A stretch of 63,986 nucleotides of DNA, filler included, from Lenisia limosa (GCA_001655205.1; 20 parts of 20 records of this genome joined end to end with filler, not necessarily neighbours in it); one strand, 5' to 3'. Counted from the whole stretch's first letter, positions 36,780 to 48,060 are shown. Numbers and translations are program-made. The notes: generated from the sequence alone by a model not told the origin.

Positions 36780-37365
36780 GTATGCGACATTAAGGGAAAG
36801 CAAATCAATATTTGGTCCAATTGGGCTCGGCTTGTTTTGTTTGTCTTCTTCTCGATTCAAGGGAAAGGGAGCCTGATTATTGCTTGCCCACGTACTCTTT
36901 TTTTCTCCCTTTTTTTGGGTGTTTTATTATTATTATTATCGAGCATCAGCTTTTCTTTTTTGATATTTGGCATTACTTGAATAACGTGAATTTTCATTCT
37001 CAAAAACAACAAAGATCTCTTGCAAACAGCATACGATTTATCATTAAATTGATTAACTCCTGAGGATGAACATGTTAAAAACTCTGGTGNNNNNNNNNNN
37101 NNNNNNNNNNNNNNNNNNNNNNNNNNNNNNNNNNNNNNNNNNNNNNNNNNNNNNNNNNNNNNNNNNNNGCTTCCGCCTTGCCTTACTTTTTTCCAGTGCT
37201 TTAGCACCACCTAAGAAATAAAACATAGAAATACGTTTACAATCGTGATACATTTTGACAATTGTAAAACCTTTCATCAAACCAACCTCTCTTTATAGCA
37301 GGCAGATGGGATAGAATTGATAGAATGGCTCCCTGCTAGGTGTCACAAAATTTTCACTTGCTTAC

Positions 37366-37582
37366 CGCCGAGAGTCTGAGGCGGAGTCACTCCGGGAGAT
37401 CGAGCATTACGCCGGACATCCAGCACCGCTCTTGGTAGGAGGACATCGTGGATTTCATAGTTAACTAGAAAGAGGTTAGGTCAAGTTGCTGGCAGGGCAT
37501 GCGGTTGGTTTACGGAATGCAACGAGAAGTCCACGCTTACACGGAGAAGTAGAACCACTGGCAGGGGAGAGAGCGCCGTCGC
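37366..37582 (-). CDS. Two small exons apparently spliced to the GC-rich block
   Basis: Donor 37689 (WE G|gttgtt), exon 37582-37541 (GDGALSPASGSTSP, gtaagc donor) and exon 37464-37366 (FNYEIHDVLLPRAVLDVRRNARSPGVTPPQTLG, gtaagc donor). All three junctions are phase 1 and the frame stays open. Confidence 0.55.
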
Positions 37583-37689
37583 CTGGGTCGTATTAGAGAA
37601 AAAAAGACGCAGTAATAATGAAGGTAAAGTATAATAATAAAAGAAGAAAACAATAATAAGACGGAAAAATAATAAAAAAATAAAACAAC

Positions 37690-40600
37690 CCTCCCAACTA
37701 GATAGCGGCTGCTCAAGCTCCGGCGACTTGCTACATCTGAAGACGTAACCTTCGGCGGCGGCCTTCAAGGCGTCGTTGTCCACACGCCGAAAAGCCCAGC
37801 CGTCAAGGTTCACTGTTGTCCCAACTGGGACGTTGGAGGTGAGGGCGTTGATTGCCGCTTGCCGCCTCTGGTCGGAGGGCAGTCTCACGAAAGAGCGACG
37901 GTGGGGTCGGTGCACTGGAGGTGCGTAATGCGGGGCGGTTGCCTCTTGTGTCGCCCGACNNNNNNNNNNNNNNNNNNNNNNNNNNNNNNNNNNNNNNNNN
38001 NNNNNNNNNNNNNNNNNNNNNNNNNNNNNNNNNNNNNNNNNNNNNNNNNNNNNNNNNNNNNNNNNNNNNNNNNNNNNNNNNNNNNNNNNNNNNNNNNNNN
38101 NNNNNNNNNNNNNNNNNGACCGCAGGCAAGGTGGGCGTGTCGTCGTCGGCTGGAAGGGCCTGGCCAGTAAGTTGGTCGGCTGGCTGGTCGTCATCGCTTC
38201 CGCTCACGTCTTTCGTCCAGGGACAGTCGACCTCCATTCTAAACTCGGTGAAGGACTGTTGCTGCTGGCCTCGAAGTCTTTGTCGCCGCAGCCGTCGCGG
38301 TCCAGCGTCTCGGCAATGGTCATAAACCAGGCAAGGTGGTCATAGTGCGGGTCGTCGCGGAAGGCCGGCACCAAGGTTCCAGTCGCGTTCTTCGTGACAA
38401 CCAGGTTTAAAACTTGGAGGGTCATGCGAGCCATCAAGCGGAAGACCGGCTCAAAGAGGACGGGAATCGGGAAGCTGACTCCGTTCAAGTGGGCGTCGTC
38501 CTGCGGCAGGTGGTTGAGGAACTCGTGGTAGATGGCCTCCGTCAGCGACGGCCGGCCGTCGAGGTCGACGTCCACCGCTGGGCCGCGGAGGTAGAGCCGC
38601 GGTGTGTCGGCGAGGATGTCCCACTGGCTCTGGCGGACGCTGGCAACGGCATCAAGCCAGGCGTCTAGGTCGTCTACAGGGCCTTTATTGACGGCATAAC
38701 GCCGCCGGAGCTCGCGGTCGTCTGTCAGAAGGTCGTCGTCACCGCCGGTCGGACGCAGGACGGGATAATTTGCCACGAACGACGCAAGAGCGGACAGGCC
38801 TTGTTCGGCGTCTTCCCTCGTGGCCCAGCCGCTGGCGCTGGGATTGTCGCGGCAGCGCTGGAAGCGATACGGCGTCACCAGTGAGCCGTTAGAGTTGCCG
38901 AGGTCGCTGTCGAGGCGGAGGCGGGGATAGCGCGTCAAGTCCCAGGCAAGGGGGTGGTCGCGGTCGGCGCCAACCTGCCGCCAGGTCACCCAGGCGGCCA
39001 CCGGGTTGACGTCCTTGGTGCTGGCCGCCGCCCGGACGTAGTGCAAGTAGTCAATGACGTCGACGAGGGACGACTGGACGACGGACTTGAGGGCGTTTAC
39101 GGCCGGCGGGCCAACAAGCTCATGATTGCAGCAGTTATTTCGGGTCAACCGATGGGCAGTCAGGCCCTTCGCGGCTTTGGCCATTGAGATAATATCTCGA
39201 ACGGCGCCGTAAACTGCGGTGGCAACGAGGCTCACGCTGGCGTCTGTGGGGTTCCAGTCCTTGGCGCCGCCAAAGAAGAGGTCGACACCCTGGTCAGCGC
39301 CGGCAAACCGAGCCACCTTCGGAAAACAGAGGCCGAGGACGTTGTCGGGAACGGCCGCGCGGGTCAGCGTCATGCACAACTCCCCCACGCCTTCTGCCTG
39401 CCGCATGCAGGCCAGGAAGAAGACCACAAGGCAGTCGTCCTCCGCTTGGCGGGCAGTCGGGATGGCGGTCAGCCGAAGGAACGGGGCCAGCGCCGAAATG
39501 ACAAGGACGAGAACCTGTCGGAGGTGCGGGTCGTTGGAGACGTACGTCACCAGGTCGACGGCGGCGAGGCGCATTGCGTCACACGCCTTGTTGACCAGCA
39601 AGGCCGAGGTCGGGGTCAGGAGGCAATCGCCCTCCACAAGGTCCTTCACCAAGGCGGCATCGTCGGCAAGGACCAGCGTAGGTGACGCTTTCAAGGCGGT
39701 GTCAAGGAAGCCGCCGGCCAGGTGGTTGCGTTCTCGCCAGGTCAAAGTCGCGAAATGCTCCTGGGTACAAGGCGGGCGGTAGGTCGGGGCCGCCCAGCTG
39801 ACGCGCCTACGCCCATTCGGCCCTGCCAGCCACGCCAGCCAGTAGCCAATAACCGTGGACGGCAGTCTGGCCAAGGCCGCCTTGCTTAGGGTCTTGCTGT
39901 GCGGACGCAGGTGGGCGTCGACCGCAAGGGCCAGGTTCTTGAACGCCTGCTGGTTGGGCGCAAGTGCCAGCGACGCTAGAAGGCTCGGCCGCAGGAGGTT
40001 GGGCCCGTTGACGCCGCCGCTGTCGGTCGCCGCGTTGTTACGCCGGCAGCACTCGCTGAACTTCTGGGCGTAGTGCTGGCTCTCGAATACGTAAAACCGG
40101 ACGTTTTTCATGCACGTGGCCGGGTCCTTGCTCTCGGCCATTCTTGGAAACATCTTTTGAGCGGCGACGTCGGACAAGGTGTTGTCGTCTTCGCGAAGGC
40201 CTGCCGCCGCGCACATTAACGCCGACACGTGCTGGCCGTCGCTGATGCCGGCCGCGTTGCTGTCTAGCACGCCCTGGGCAATGGCCTTTTCNNNNNNNNN
40301 NNNNNNNNNNNNNNNNNNNNNNNNNNNNNNNNNNNNNNNNNNNNNNNNTAATGCAGCCAACGACGACGTCCGGCTCCTTCAGGCTATAGTCGCCTATCAG
40401 CGCCGCAGTCCGGCCTACGTGCCGCCTCCTCTCGTTGAGCCGCGCCGTTCCTGGCGAGTCTACCAGCCGGTTCAGCTGCACCATGCTGATGTCAACGCTG
40501 TAGCCGGCGTGGCCGACGCAGGTGCTTGTAGTCCTCGAAGTGCCCCAGAGGCGTTGTCTTAGAGTGGTTTGTTGCCACGGCGTACGGACGCGGTTCACCA

Positions 40601-40797
40601 TCGATGTCGCTTATGATGTACTGCGCCCCGACGGTCTGAGGAACACATTCCTCTTGCTGGACGTCGTGCTCCGTCACGGATACGCCTTCGAGGAGCGACC
40701 GGTCACCCATCATTGACCGCAGCGTGGACACGTCGGCTGCCACGTCGCGAGTGGCCGCTAGCAGTTCTTCGTCTTGAGCAACAAGACACTACAGACC
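37690..40797 (-). mobile_element. GC-rich intronless foreign-looking block (candidate endogenous viral / giant-element fragment)
   Basis: About 60-65% GC by eye against ~35-45% in the rest of the window. No introns or A/B repeats over 3.1 kb. Continuous coding character with two apparent frameshifts. No hallmark transposase or viral motif recognised. Confidence 0.45.
38204..40360 (-). CDS. Long ORFan (about 700 aa open frame; probably part of a >1000-aa frameshifted ORF)
   Basis: The only long uninterrupted ORF in the window, with strong C/G-ending codon bias. Upstream frames (40788-40510 and 40510-40350) and downstream frames (38260-37690) continue the coding character. Confidence 0.75.
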   Translation of the reverse strand: MAALXXXXXXXXXXXXXXXXXXXEKAIAQGVLDSNAAGISDGQHVSALMCAAAGLREDDNTLSDVAAQKMFPRMAESKDPATCMKNVRFYVFESQHYAQKFSECCRRNNAATDSGGVNGPNLLRPSLLASLALAPNQQAFKNLALAVDAHLRPHSKTLSKAALARLPSTVIGYWLAWLAGPNGRRRVSWAAPTYRPPCTQEHFATLTWRERNHLAGGFLDTALKASPTLVLADDAALVKDLVEGDCLLTPTSALLVNKACDAMRLAAVDLVTYVSNDPHLRQVLVLVISALAPFLRLTAIPTARQAEDDCLVVFFLACMRQAEGVGELCMTLTRAAVPDNVLGLCFPKVARFAGADQGVDLFFGGAKDWNPTDASVSLVATAVYGAVRDIISMAKAAKGLTAHRLTRNNCCNHELVGPPAVNALKSVVQSSLVDVIDYLHYVRAAASTKDVNPVAAWVTWRQVGADRDHPLAWDLTRYPRLRLDSDLGNSNGSLVTPYRFQRCRDNPSASGWATREDAEQGLSALASFVANYPVLRPTGGDDDLLTDDRELRRRYAVNKGPVDDLDAWLDAVASVRQSQWDILADTPRLYLRGPAVDVDLDGRPSLTEAIYHEFLNHLPQDDAHLNGVSFPIPVLFEPVFRLMARMTLQVLNLVVTKNATGTLVPAFRDDPHYDHLAWFMTIAETLDRDGCGDKDFEASSNSPSPSLEWRSTVPGRKT

Positions 40798-40994
40798 NNN
40801 NNNNNNNNNNNNNNNNNNNNNNNNNNNNNNNNNNNNNNNNNTTAATTAATTAANNNNNNNNNNNNNNNNNNNNNNNNNNNNNNNNNNNNNNNNNNNNGGC
40901 CCTCCGCACTGCAGGACAGTTGTTAGGCTCGGGGCCTTCCCCGGGTTCTCGTCCAAATCGGCAGGAGGGACATCCGATGCTTCCTGAGGAGGGG

Positions 40995-41335
40995 GGGGGG
41001 TAAAATGAAGGAAATTTCGATGTAAAATTGGAAAATTTATGAAACAAACAAACAAAAAACCCAAATCAACTCGCTTCCAGGGGAGCGGCTTGAGTAAAAC
41101 TGAAATTGGAAAATTTATGAAACAAAACAGGGGAAATGGGTGATCATGAATAAAATGGAGGCACATCGGAAGCTTCCTGGGGACGGGAGTAAAATTGGAA
41201 AATTTATGAAACGAAAAAAAAACCCAAATCAACTCTGTTGACTGATCTTGGGGAGGAGGTTAAAGAAGCTTGAGTAAAATTGAAATGTGAATATTTATGA
41301 AACAAAAACATGGATAAACTCTGTTGGCTGACAAT
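40995..41335 (-). repeat. Head-to-tail array of ~4 family B 3' halves
   Basis: GTAAAATTGGAAAATTTATGAAAC repeated at ~41022, 41104, 41189 and 41273. Confidence 0.78.
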
Positions 41336-41689
41336 AGATGATACAAAAAAATTAGCCAAAATTTAAAAATGGAAAATGTAAGAATGTAAGAAGATAAACA
41401 AAAAATAAAAACCCTAGAATCAACTCTGATGGCCGAGCATTTGCGAAACACATTTGAGTTATCTCAAAAACAGTAAAATATGCCACTGTATTAAAACAAT
41501 GTTTGAAACAGGGAGACAGAAAGAGAAACAAAACCCTGAGATAACACAAATAAAATAAAAAACAGTTACGAACCCGTGAGAGGACATATTATAAGAGGAA
41601 CTGTATTTCAAAGTGTGTCAAGGTATTACTTCAAAAAGTATTGCTTGTACATACCTGGTAATCCCCCAATTGAGCATGCACAAACCTGG

Positions 41690-41919
41690 AAGCTGACGTC
41701 AATATCCGAAATATCTTCATCAGAATTTGGGTCGTATTCTTTCAGTCCCCCATCAACGTCACCTGATGGTTGATCATTATAAAAAAGGAACCTTGTGTAA
41801 TCAGTGAAGGGAGGCAAGTGTAGACGTTGATTTCGTGTTAAAAGGCCATTAATATGAGCTATCATACCGAAGTCACTGGGGAGAGAGTCAAAGGTCTCCT
41901 CAGGCTCACTGCTCGCCAT
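41690..41919 (-). CDS. Hypothetical acidic N-terminal exons
   Basis: MASSEPEETFDSLPSDF|GDVDGGLKEYDPNSDEDISDIDVSFQ| with gtatga and gtttgt donors. Confidence 0.45.
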
Positions 41920-42179
41920 CTTTGGGAATTTGTCCGACAATCAATTGTTTGTCTTCGTCCTTAATTCATTGTCTGTATCTTGTGTTATATATAAACTTCC
42001 ACCTATTACATTCAGATATGGTCTTTTGCATTTTAATTTCCTGCTTATAAATCCCGTACCGGTACTCTCGTTTGTTCTGGAAAACAGCGCCTTCCGCGGC
42101 CTTTTTCCTTTCATTCAAACAGTGAACACTATAAAATCACAATGCTAACGTAATATTGACAGTCAACTAACTCGGACAC

Positions 42180-42477
42180 ATGAGCCTTTCAGAACCCGAT
42201 CCCGTCAAAGAGGCGTATCGCCTGCTAGCGGTCCCTAAAGACGCCAGTGTTCAGCTCAGGGAGTCTGTGCTCTATGCCCTCATTCCCCTTGCACAACAGG
42301 GGTTTGGCAAGTAGGCTGGGAGAGTTTCTTTGGAATAGTTGCCTTTTCCCTTTTTCTGAATCACTTCACATCTTTCAGGGGGATACTCTGTATCGTTATG
42401 TAGAAATGCGAAATAAAAAGATAAGAAGATGGTATCTTCAAGAAATCTCATACCTTCATGTGTACATTTCTGTGACT

Positions 42478-42524
<47 letters not shown>

Positions 42525-45500
42525 TNNNNNNNNNNNNNNNNNNNNNNNNNNNNNNNNNNNNNNNNNNNNNNNNNNNNNNNNNNNNNNNNNNNNNNNNNNN
42601 NNNNNNNNNNNNNNNNNNNNNNNNNNNNNNNNNNNNNNNNNNNNNNNNNNNNNNNNNNNNNNNNNNNNNNNNNNNNNNNNNNNNNNNNNNNNNNNNNNNN
42701 NNNNNNNAGTTTGTTTTGATCTTTGCTACGGTTTTGGTCTTCTAAGTTTTTGATCTTTGCTGTTTTTTTTGGGAGCGAATGGAAGTGACAAATGTCACGA
42801 TTTTCTTCATATTCGACAAATAAACACCAGCAAGCAAGCCGGTCAACTGTGTTGTCTCAGATTGAGGCTGGTAATCACGTGGGGTGTAGCATAGAGATCT
42901 CCGATCTATCAACTTCCAATGGTTACTAATAGGGCTTCACTTCGGTTCGAAAAAAGACTGAATTTCTCGATAATCCTCGAAAACTATCGATATTTTCCCG
43001 GTTTCTTTGGAAACGAAGTGACGCCCTTGTTACTCATGATTTAGACCGAGCGAACTCCTCCGAGTGCAAGGCTCTCCAAGCCGCAACAGCAAACCTTAGA
43101 AATCGCCTTAGTTGAGCTGATTATTGCGCTGTGTGTGTCACGAAACAACGTGGTTGGAGACAATGTTCGACAAGGTTGGCTGTCTTGGTGTATGGTGTAT
43201 GTGGGGGGTTCTATATCCCGTTGTATGTTGTGTGTGTTTGTGTATGTGTGTATGTGTGGGTTGGCTGGCCTGGTGTATGTTGAATGTGTTTGTTTGTGTG
43301 TGCGTGGGGTGGATGGTTTTGTGGGGTGGGGGGCGGTCACTGTATGTCTATCAAGAAATTAAGTTATTTTCTAAATCGAAGTGGATTCCTAACTATAATT
43401 GTTACCATTCTGAGATACAACCTTATTTTTTTATTTTTCTCATTGCTAGATATAGTTGTAACCAATTGCAGTGTTCTTCGATCGCATCGTAGCTCCCGAT
43501 CACCTGCCCCTCAAAACCATCTACACTGCAATACAGGTGCTGACAAATGGCGGTTGGTGGGAATTATCGAGTCTATTGAAGGATTTGGTTGAAAGTTGAA
43601 AGTTGGACAAAAATATTTTCTTTACCGTATATCTATAACGGACTTCAAATACCTGTCCAATGATTCGCTGATACAGCTTTTTTTTTTTTTTTNNNNNNNN
43701 NNNNNNNNNNNNNNNNNNNNNNNNNNNNNNNNNNNNNNNNNNNNATTTTTTCCCGAGATTTCGATGAGATGTAGTGCTGCAGAAGCATTTTGTCTAGATA
43801 TATTTTGTTTTGTTTGTTGTTATCAACCCGTGTGTGTTGTCAACCAACAGAGTTAATTTGGGTTTTTGTTTAATAAATTTTCCAATTTTACCCCCCCCCC
43901 CTCCATCCACAGGAGAAGTACTCACCCCCTTCGAATCGAGCATTTCAGCAACCCTTGCCATGAACCTCACCCGGGTTGAGTCGCTGGAGGGCGTTCGACT
44001 ATTCATCACTCTCGCGCGAGACATTTTCAGACATAATGTTGAGAACGTAAGCGCTGATATCCTTAGTTGTATCCAGGGCTTCACTATTGTGATTACTATC
44101 ATCACTATCACTATCATCATCACTATCATTATCACATCATTATTACTATCATTATCGTCACCATCATAATCATGAACACTTTGGACTGAGAACGTATACG
44201 CCGGAGAGTTAGTCCAGAGTGTTAATGATTATGATGATGATTATGATAGTGATGATGATAATGATATCTTAGTTGAACCCATACACTTGAGTATTCGATC
44301 CATTAATACTCAATTTCTCCAATACAGTGGTTTCCAGGGCTTCGGTTCGAAAAAAGACTCGAAAACTATCGATTTTTTACTGGTCTTTTTCGAATCGAAA
44401 ACTATCGATTTCCCACACACCTTAGTATTGGAGCCATTCATGTATACTTCCTCCAATACATTGGCCTGCTCCATTAAGATAAACACTAACCTAAATTTAA
44501 CTTTTGGAAAGAAATCCATTCCATTAATAATATTATATGCATGTACTGTTGTATAGGACACTTCGGTTCGAAAAATACCGGCAAAATATCCATAGTTGTC
44601 GAGGGTTTATTGAGAAATTCCGAACGAAGTGAAGCTCTAAATATGCAAATAATTCCTCGGATGCATTGACCAATTCAGCCGACATTTCTCCGGACCTCGC
44701 TGCCCCTCATCCGCTCGACGGTGTCGATGGGCAAAAGCCTCGATGATGAGTGTCTAAAGGCGGCAATTGACTGCATCCAAATGGCCATTTACAAGGTGGG
44801 ACGTGGTCTTGCTGCCTTTTGTTTTCAGGGATACGCCAGTTACACTATAATGATCACTCTGAACCGACCTGAGGTTCACAGCTGAGAATGCGAAGGGGTG
44901 ATGCCAGAGTGGTAATGATGATGATGATGTTGTGATACTTATTATGATAATGATAGTGATGATGATGATGATAATGATAAGTCTTGAAACGAATATTGCG
45001 CTTTATCGCGCCCCTTCCCATGCTTCCTCTTAATCTGAAAGTAGGACTTGCACTTCGGTTCAAAATAATATTGAAATCTCGATAAATCTTCGAATATTAT
45101 CTATTTTTTACCAGTATTTTTGGAACCGAAGTGAAGCCTACCTGAAAGCCATTTCCGCAGAAACCAAATTTCTTCTCACACTCACCAGAGAGTGCTTCCC
45201 CCCACCTGTGCCCAAGATGCTGTTGTTTGCCTCTGTCTAGGTGTCAGCGTGTTCAGGGAAGTCTCCGTTTTGCGAACGGTAAATGGGGGCTCGGTCTATT
45301 TTATTTCGGTTAATGGGAGGCGGGCTTAGGTTTTTTAGAGGAGTGAAGGGGGAGGCGGGTTCTGTTTTTGTTTTAGTAAAAGTGGATAGGGGTTGTGGGT
45401 AGGGCTTCACTTCTGTTCGAAAAAAGACTGAATTTGTCGAGCAATCCTCGAAAACTAATATATTCACCGGGCTTTTTCGAACCAAAGTGAAGAGTTGTGG

Positions 45501-45783
45501 GGGTTTTGCTTTTGGAGGGTAATCTGTGTTTTCTGCGTCAGTGTATTCAGGGAAGTGTCCGTTTTATGATGCTGTGCTTTCTTGTTTTTGAGGAGTGAGG
45601 GTGTGTGATTTCTGAATCAGAGAAGTTCTGGGGGGGGGGGGGGTAAAANNNNNNNNNNNNNNNNNNNNNNNNNNNNNNNNNNNNNNNNNNNNNNNNNNNN
45701 NNNNNNNNNNNNNNNNNNNNNNNNNNNNNNGCTTACATTCCAGGCGATGCTCGAGTTTTCCAACGAAATGGGTCTTGTAGCTC
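42180..45783 (+). CDS. Hypothetical multi-exon helical-repeat-like protein
   Basis: Exon-like blocks MSLSEPDPVKEAYRLLAVPK.., GEVLTPFESSISATLAMNLTRVESLEGVRLFITLARDIFRHNVEN|gtaag, PTFLRTSLPLIRSTVSMGKSLDDECLKAAIDCIQMAIYK|. Introns are filled with A and B repeats. Confidence 0.5.
42930..43027. mobile_element. Family A MITE (A1)
   Basis: Full TIR pair. Confidence 0.8.
43790..43900 (+). repeat. Family B near full length, ending 11 nt before an AG acceptor
   Basis: Matches consensus; followed by CCCCCCCCCCCTCCATCCACAG|exon. Confidence 0.8.
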
Positions 45784-46082
45784 GTAAGTTTAGGGCTTCA
45801 CTTCGGTTCGAAAATAATCCGTACAATATCGATCATTTTCGAAGATTTATCGAGTAATTCAGTCTTTTTTCGAACCAAAGTGAAGCCCTGATGATATCAA
45901 TCTTTGCGTCATTTTTACTGATGTAAACTATCATTTCGACTCATAGTCGGTCATATGATCAGTTCATCAGTTGATATGTGCCCACATATGCATGGCATCC
46001 CTACGGTACAAAAATGGCCAGTAAAGTATCGATATTTTTCCTGGATTTATTATCGGCCTTTTTGGGACGTAGGGAAGCCTCA
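44334..46082. mobile_element. Cluster of six family A copies (~44335, 44557, 45041, 45399, 45791, 45999)
   Basis: Repeated CACTTCGGTTCGAAAA / TTCGAACCGAAGTGAAG arms; the last copy is A2. Confidence 0.78.
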
Positions 46083-46744
46083 ATCATGTTACAACGGGGA
46101 TTCTGAACTTGCTCTATAAAAACAATAAATTCATCAAGGCTTATGTTGATCTTAATCACCCCCACCCCTGATTGGTTTGTAACTGTGATATGTGTTATCA
46201 CAAAGTGTTGTTTCTCGATTCTGTTGTCTCAGGTTTTTGTTTCTCAATTTTGTTTTCCCAGGTTTTTTTTTGTTTTTAAATTCAAAATAGTGATTTACCC
46301 TAATCTCTCAGTACACGGACTCATGTCAGCGATAACTTTCCAATTGAAGAACGGGAACAAATTCGACAGTGTTGTTCGTCGTGGCGCTATTGTGTTAACA
46401 AGTGGGTGAAAAGAGAGAGAGGGTATTAGAGCGGTTGTCCAATATATATATATATAGCTATATCATATACTATATAGGTCAGTGAGTAAAAGGGGGCCCA
46501 GTTTTTTTAAAACGCTGATAAATGAATTTTTTCTGATCATTATTCAATTTTTTAAAAAACTATTAGTAGAAAGTCACAAATGCAAAAATAATTTTGGGAT
46601 GCGGTGCGACTGGCCTGGGCTTTGTTTGTTTTGCNNNNNNNNNNNNNNNNNNNNNNNNNNNNNNNNNNNNNNNNNNNNTTAATTAATTAANNNNNNNNNN
46701 NNNNNNNNNNNNNNNNNNNNNNNNNNNNNNNNNNTCGGTCTGTT

Positions 46745-47175
46745 TTTCCGTTGGAAAGATACTTGACCATCCAACATATTGACATCAATTTTGAGCTGGT
46801 ATTTGATAAAGGCAGCAAGGGTGGCCGAGCTTGAGAACGCAGAAAATAATTCGTCTACAATATTGTAGCGAATGTGTCCGTCAACAGCAACAATATCAAC
46901 CGCGAGGGAGATGGTTTCGAAACCAAACTCAGTGTTATTATTTGGACTGAATGATCAGAATATCCCTTGTCCTTATCGCACAACCAACATTGAATGCTTG
47001 ACCTAATTAGCCGGATATGTCCTTGAGTTTACCTTTTTTTGACAATAATCCCAATACAAGCTTGCGATGACGCTCATGTTATAGCACTCATTCTAGTCAA
47101 AAAGTCAATCAAGGAAACAATTGAGTACGTTGAGAGTGACAAAGACCCATAATCATACGATATCATGGAACATAT
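46745..47175 (-). CDS. Hypothetical protein, 5' exons
   Basis: MFHDI|NECYNMSVIASLYWDYCQKK|GQAFN|SNNNTEFGFETISLAVDIVAVDGHIRYNIVDELFSAF...KIDVNMLDGQ|gtatct. Confidence 0.5.
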
Positions 47176-47407
47176 GATGAGTGATCAAAATTATATGTGT
47201 GATCTTCTAAAAATACTGTTAACATAATTATAAAACTAACTTTGCAATGCAGCTCTTCCGTGTTTGACTCATTAGTACAGTCCTGCGTCTCGCAATCCTT
47301 GGGCATCTAACTTACGAGTACTTTGAGTTTGAGAGCTCCGATACTGTGACAGAAATCTCTGTGGTCTTGTTTTTCTCATTCTTCCTGCGCAAAAGTGCAA
47401 AAAAGAA

Positions 47408-48060
47408 ATGAAAAGCTTTGAAGTGTATGTTCTTTGGAATTAACAGACAGGCGCTATCTACTGTGGATATTCCGACAACCCCTTTCGAAGGTACGTCAAG
47501 CTTTGGTTTTTTTACTTCAGACTGCTTCAGCACAACCCCATCATCAGGGGCGGTGCAGAAGAAACCGAAACGGGTCATGGTTTTTGGCGTCTTGTATTCA
47601 CAGTCAATATGGCGTCTTCAAGTCACAACGCTCTTGAGCTTGAAGGACGCATCCACAAGTTTTTGCGGTATGTTTTCGCGATATTATACAACTTTTACAA
47701 GACTATTTGTTTTATCCATAGTCATCGACGCTGTTCTTTGGCAGATTTGTGTGAGGCAATATCCACTGCATGCAAAGGGCTTGAGGGATCCCTCATCATC
47801 AATGAGCTATTCAATAACCTGTTTTTTGGCAATACTACTTGCTTGGTATTTTAATAGAATTAGATTAATGTACAATTTTAATTTCAACGGTCTAACAAGG
47901 TGGATTCCTCTTCAATTTGTTCGAGCTAAACAATTAATGTGAAAACTCAATGTAATGCTTCTTACAATTTTCGTTTCACAGCCTCAAAAGCCTCGCCTGG
48001 GCATTGAACCATGCTGGGGGTCTGGACACCTTCCACTGCACAGAAAGTTTTGCTACTGGC
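47408..48060 (+). pseudogene. SLX1: SLX1-like GIY-YIG endonuclease carrying an in-frame TAA (pseudogene, sequence error or readthrough)
   Basis: Exons 47408-47490, 47521-47667 and 47722-47845 give MKSFEVYVLWN*QTGAIYCGYSDNPFRR|LLQHNPIIRGGAEETETGHGFWRLVFTVNMASSSHNALELEGRIHKFLR|. This has GIY-x10-YIG spacing, RRLxQHN..GGA..T and the ALxLE helix. TAA is at 47441-47443. Confidence 0.65.

Noticed and set aside
38414-40716. Several plus-strand and alternative-frame ORFs within the GC-rich block
   Set aside because: These are expected shadow ORFs of high-GC coding sequence; codon bias supports the long minus-strand frame.
47441-47443. Genome-wide reassignment of TAA (ciliate-type code) to explain the GIY-YIG stop
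   Set aside because: VPS26 ends on TAA and VTA1 on TAG at their expected C-termini, and no other conserved exon has an internal TAA or TAG.
47418-47942. 174-aa plus-strand ORF from the ORF track
   Set aside because: It is an off-frame read through the exons and introns of the GIY-YIG gene, with no recognisable motifs.
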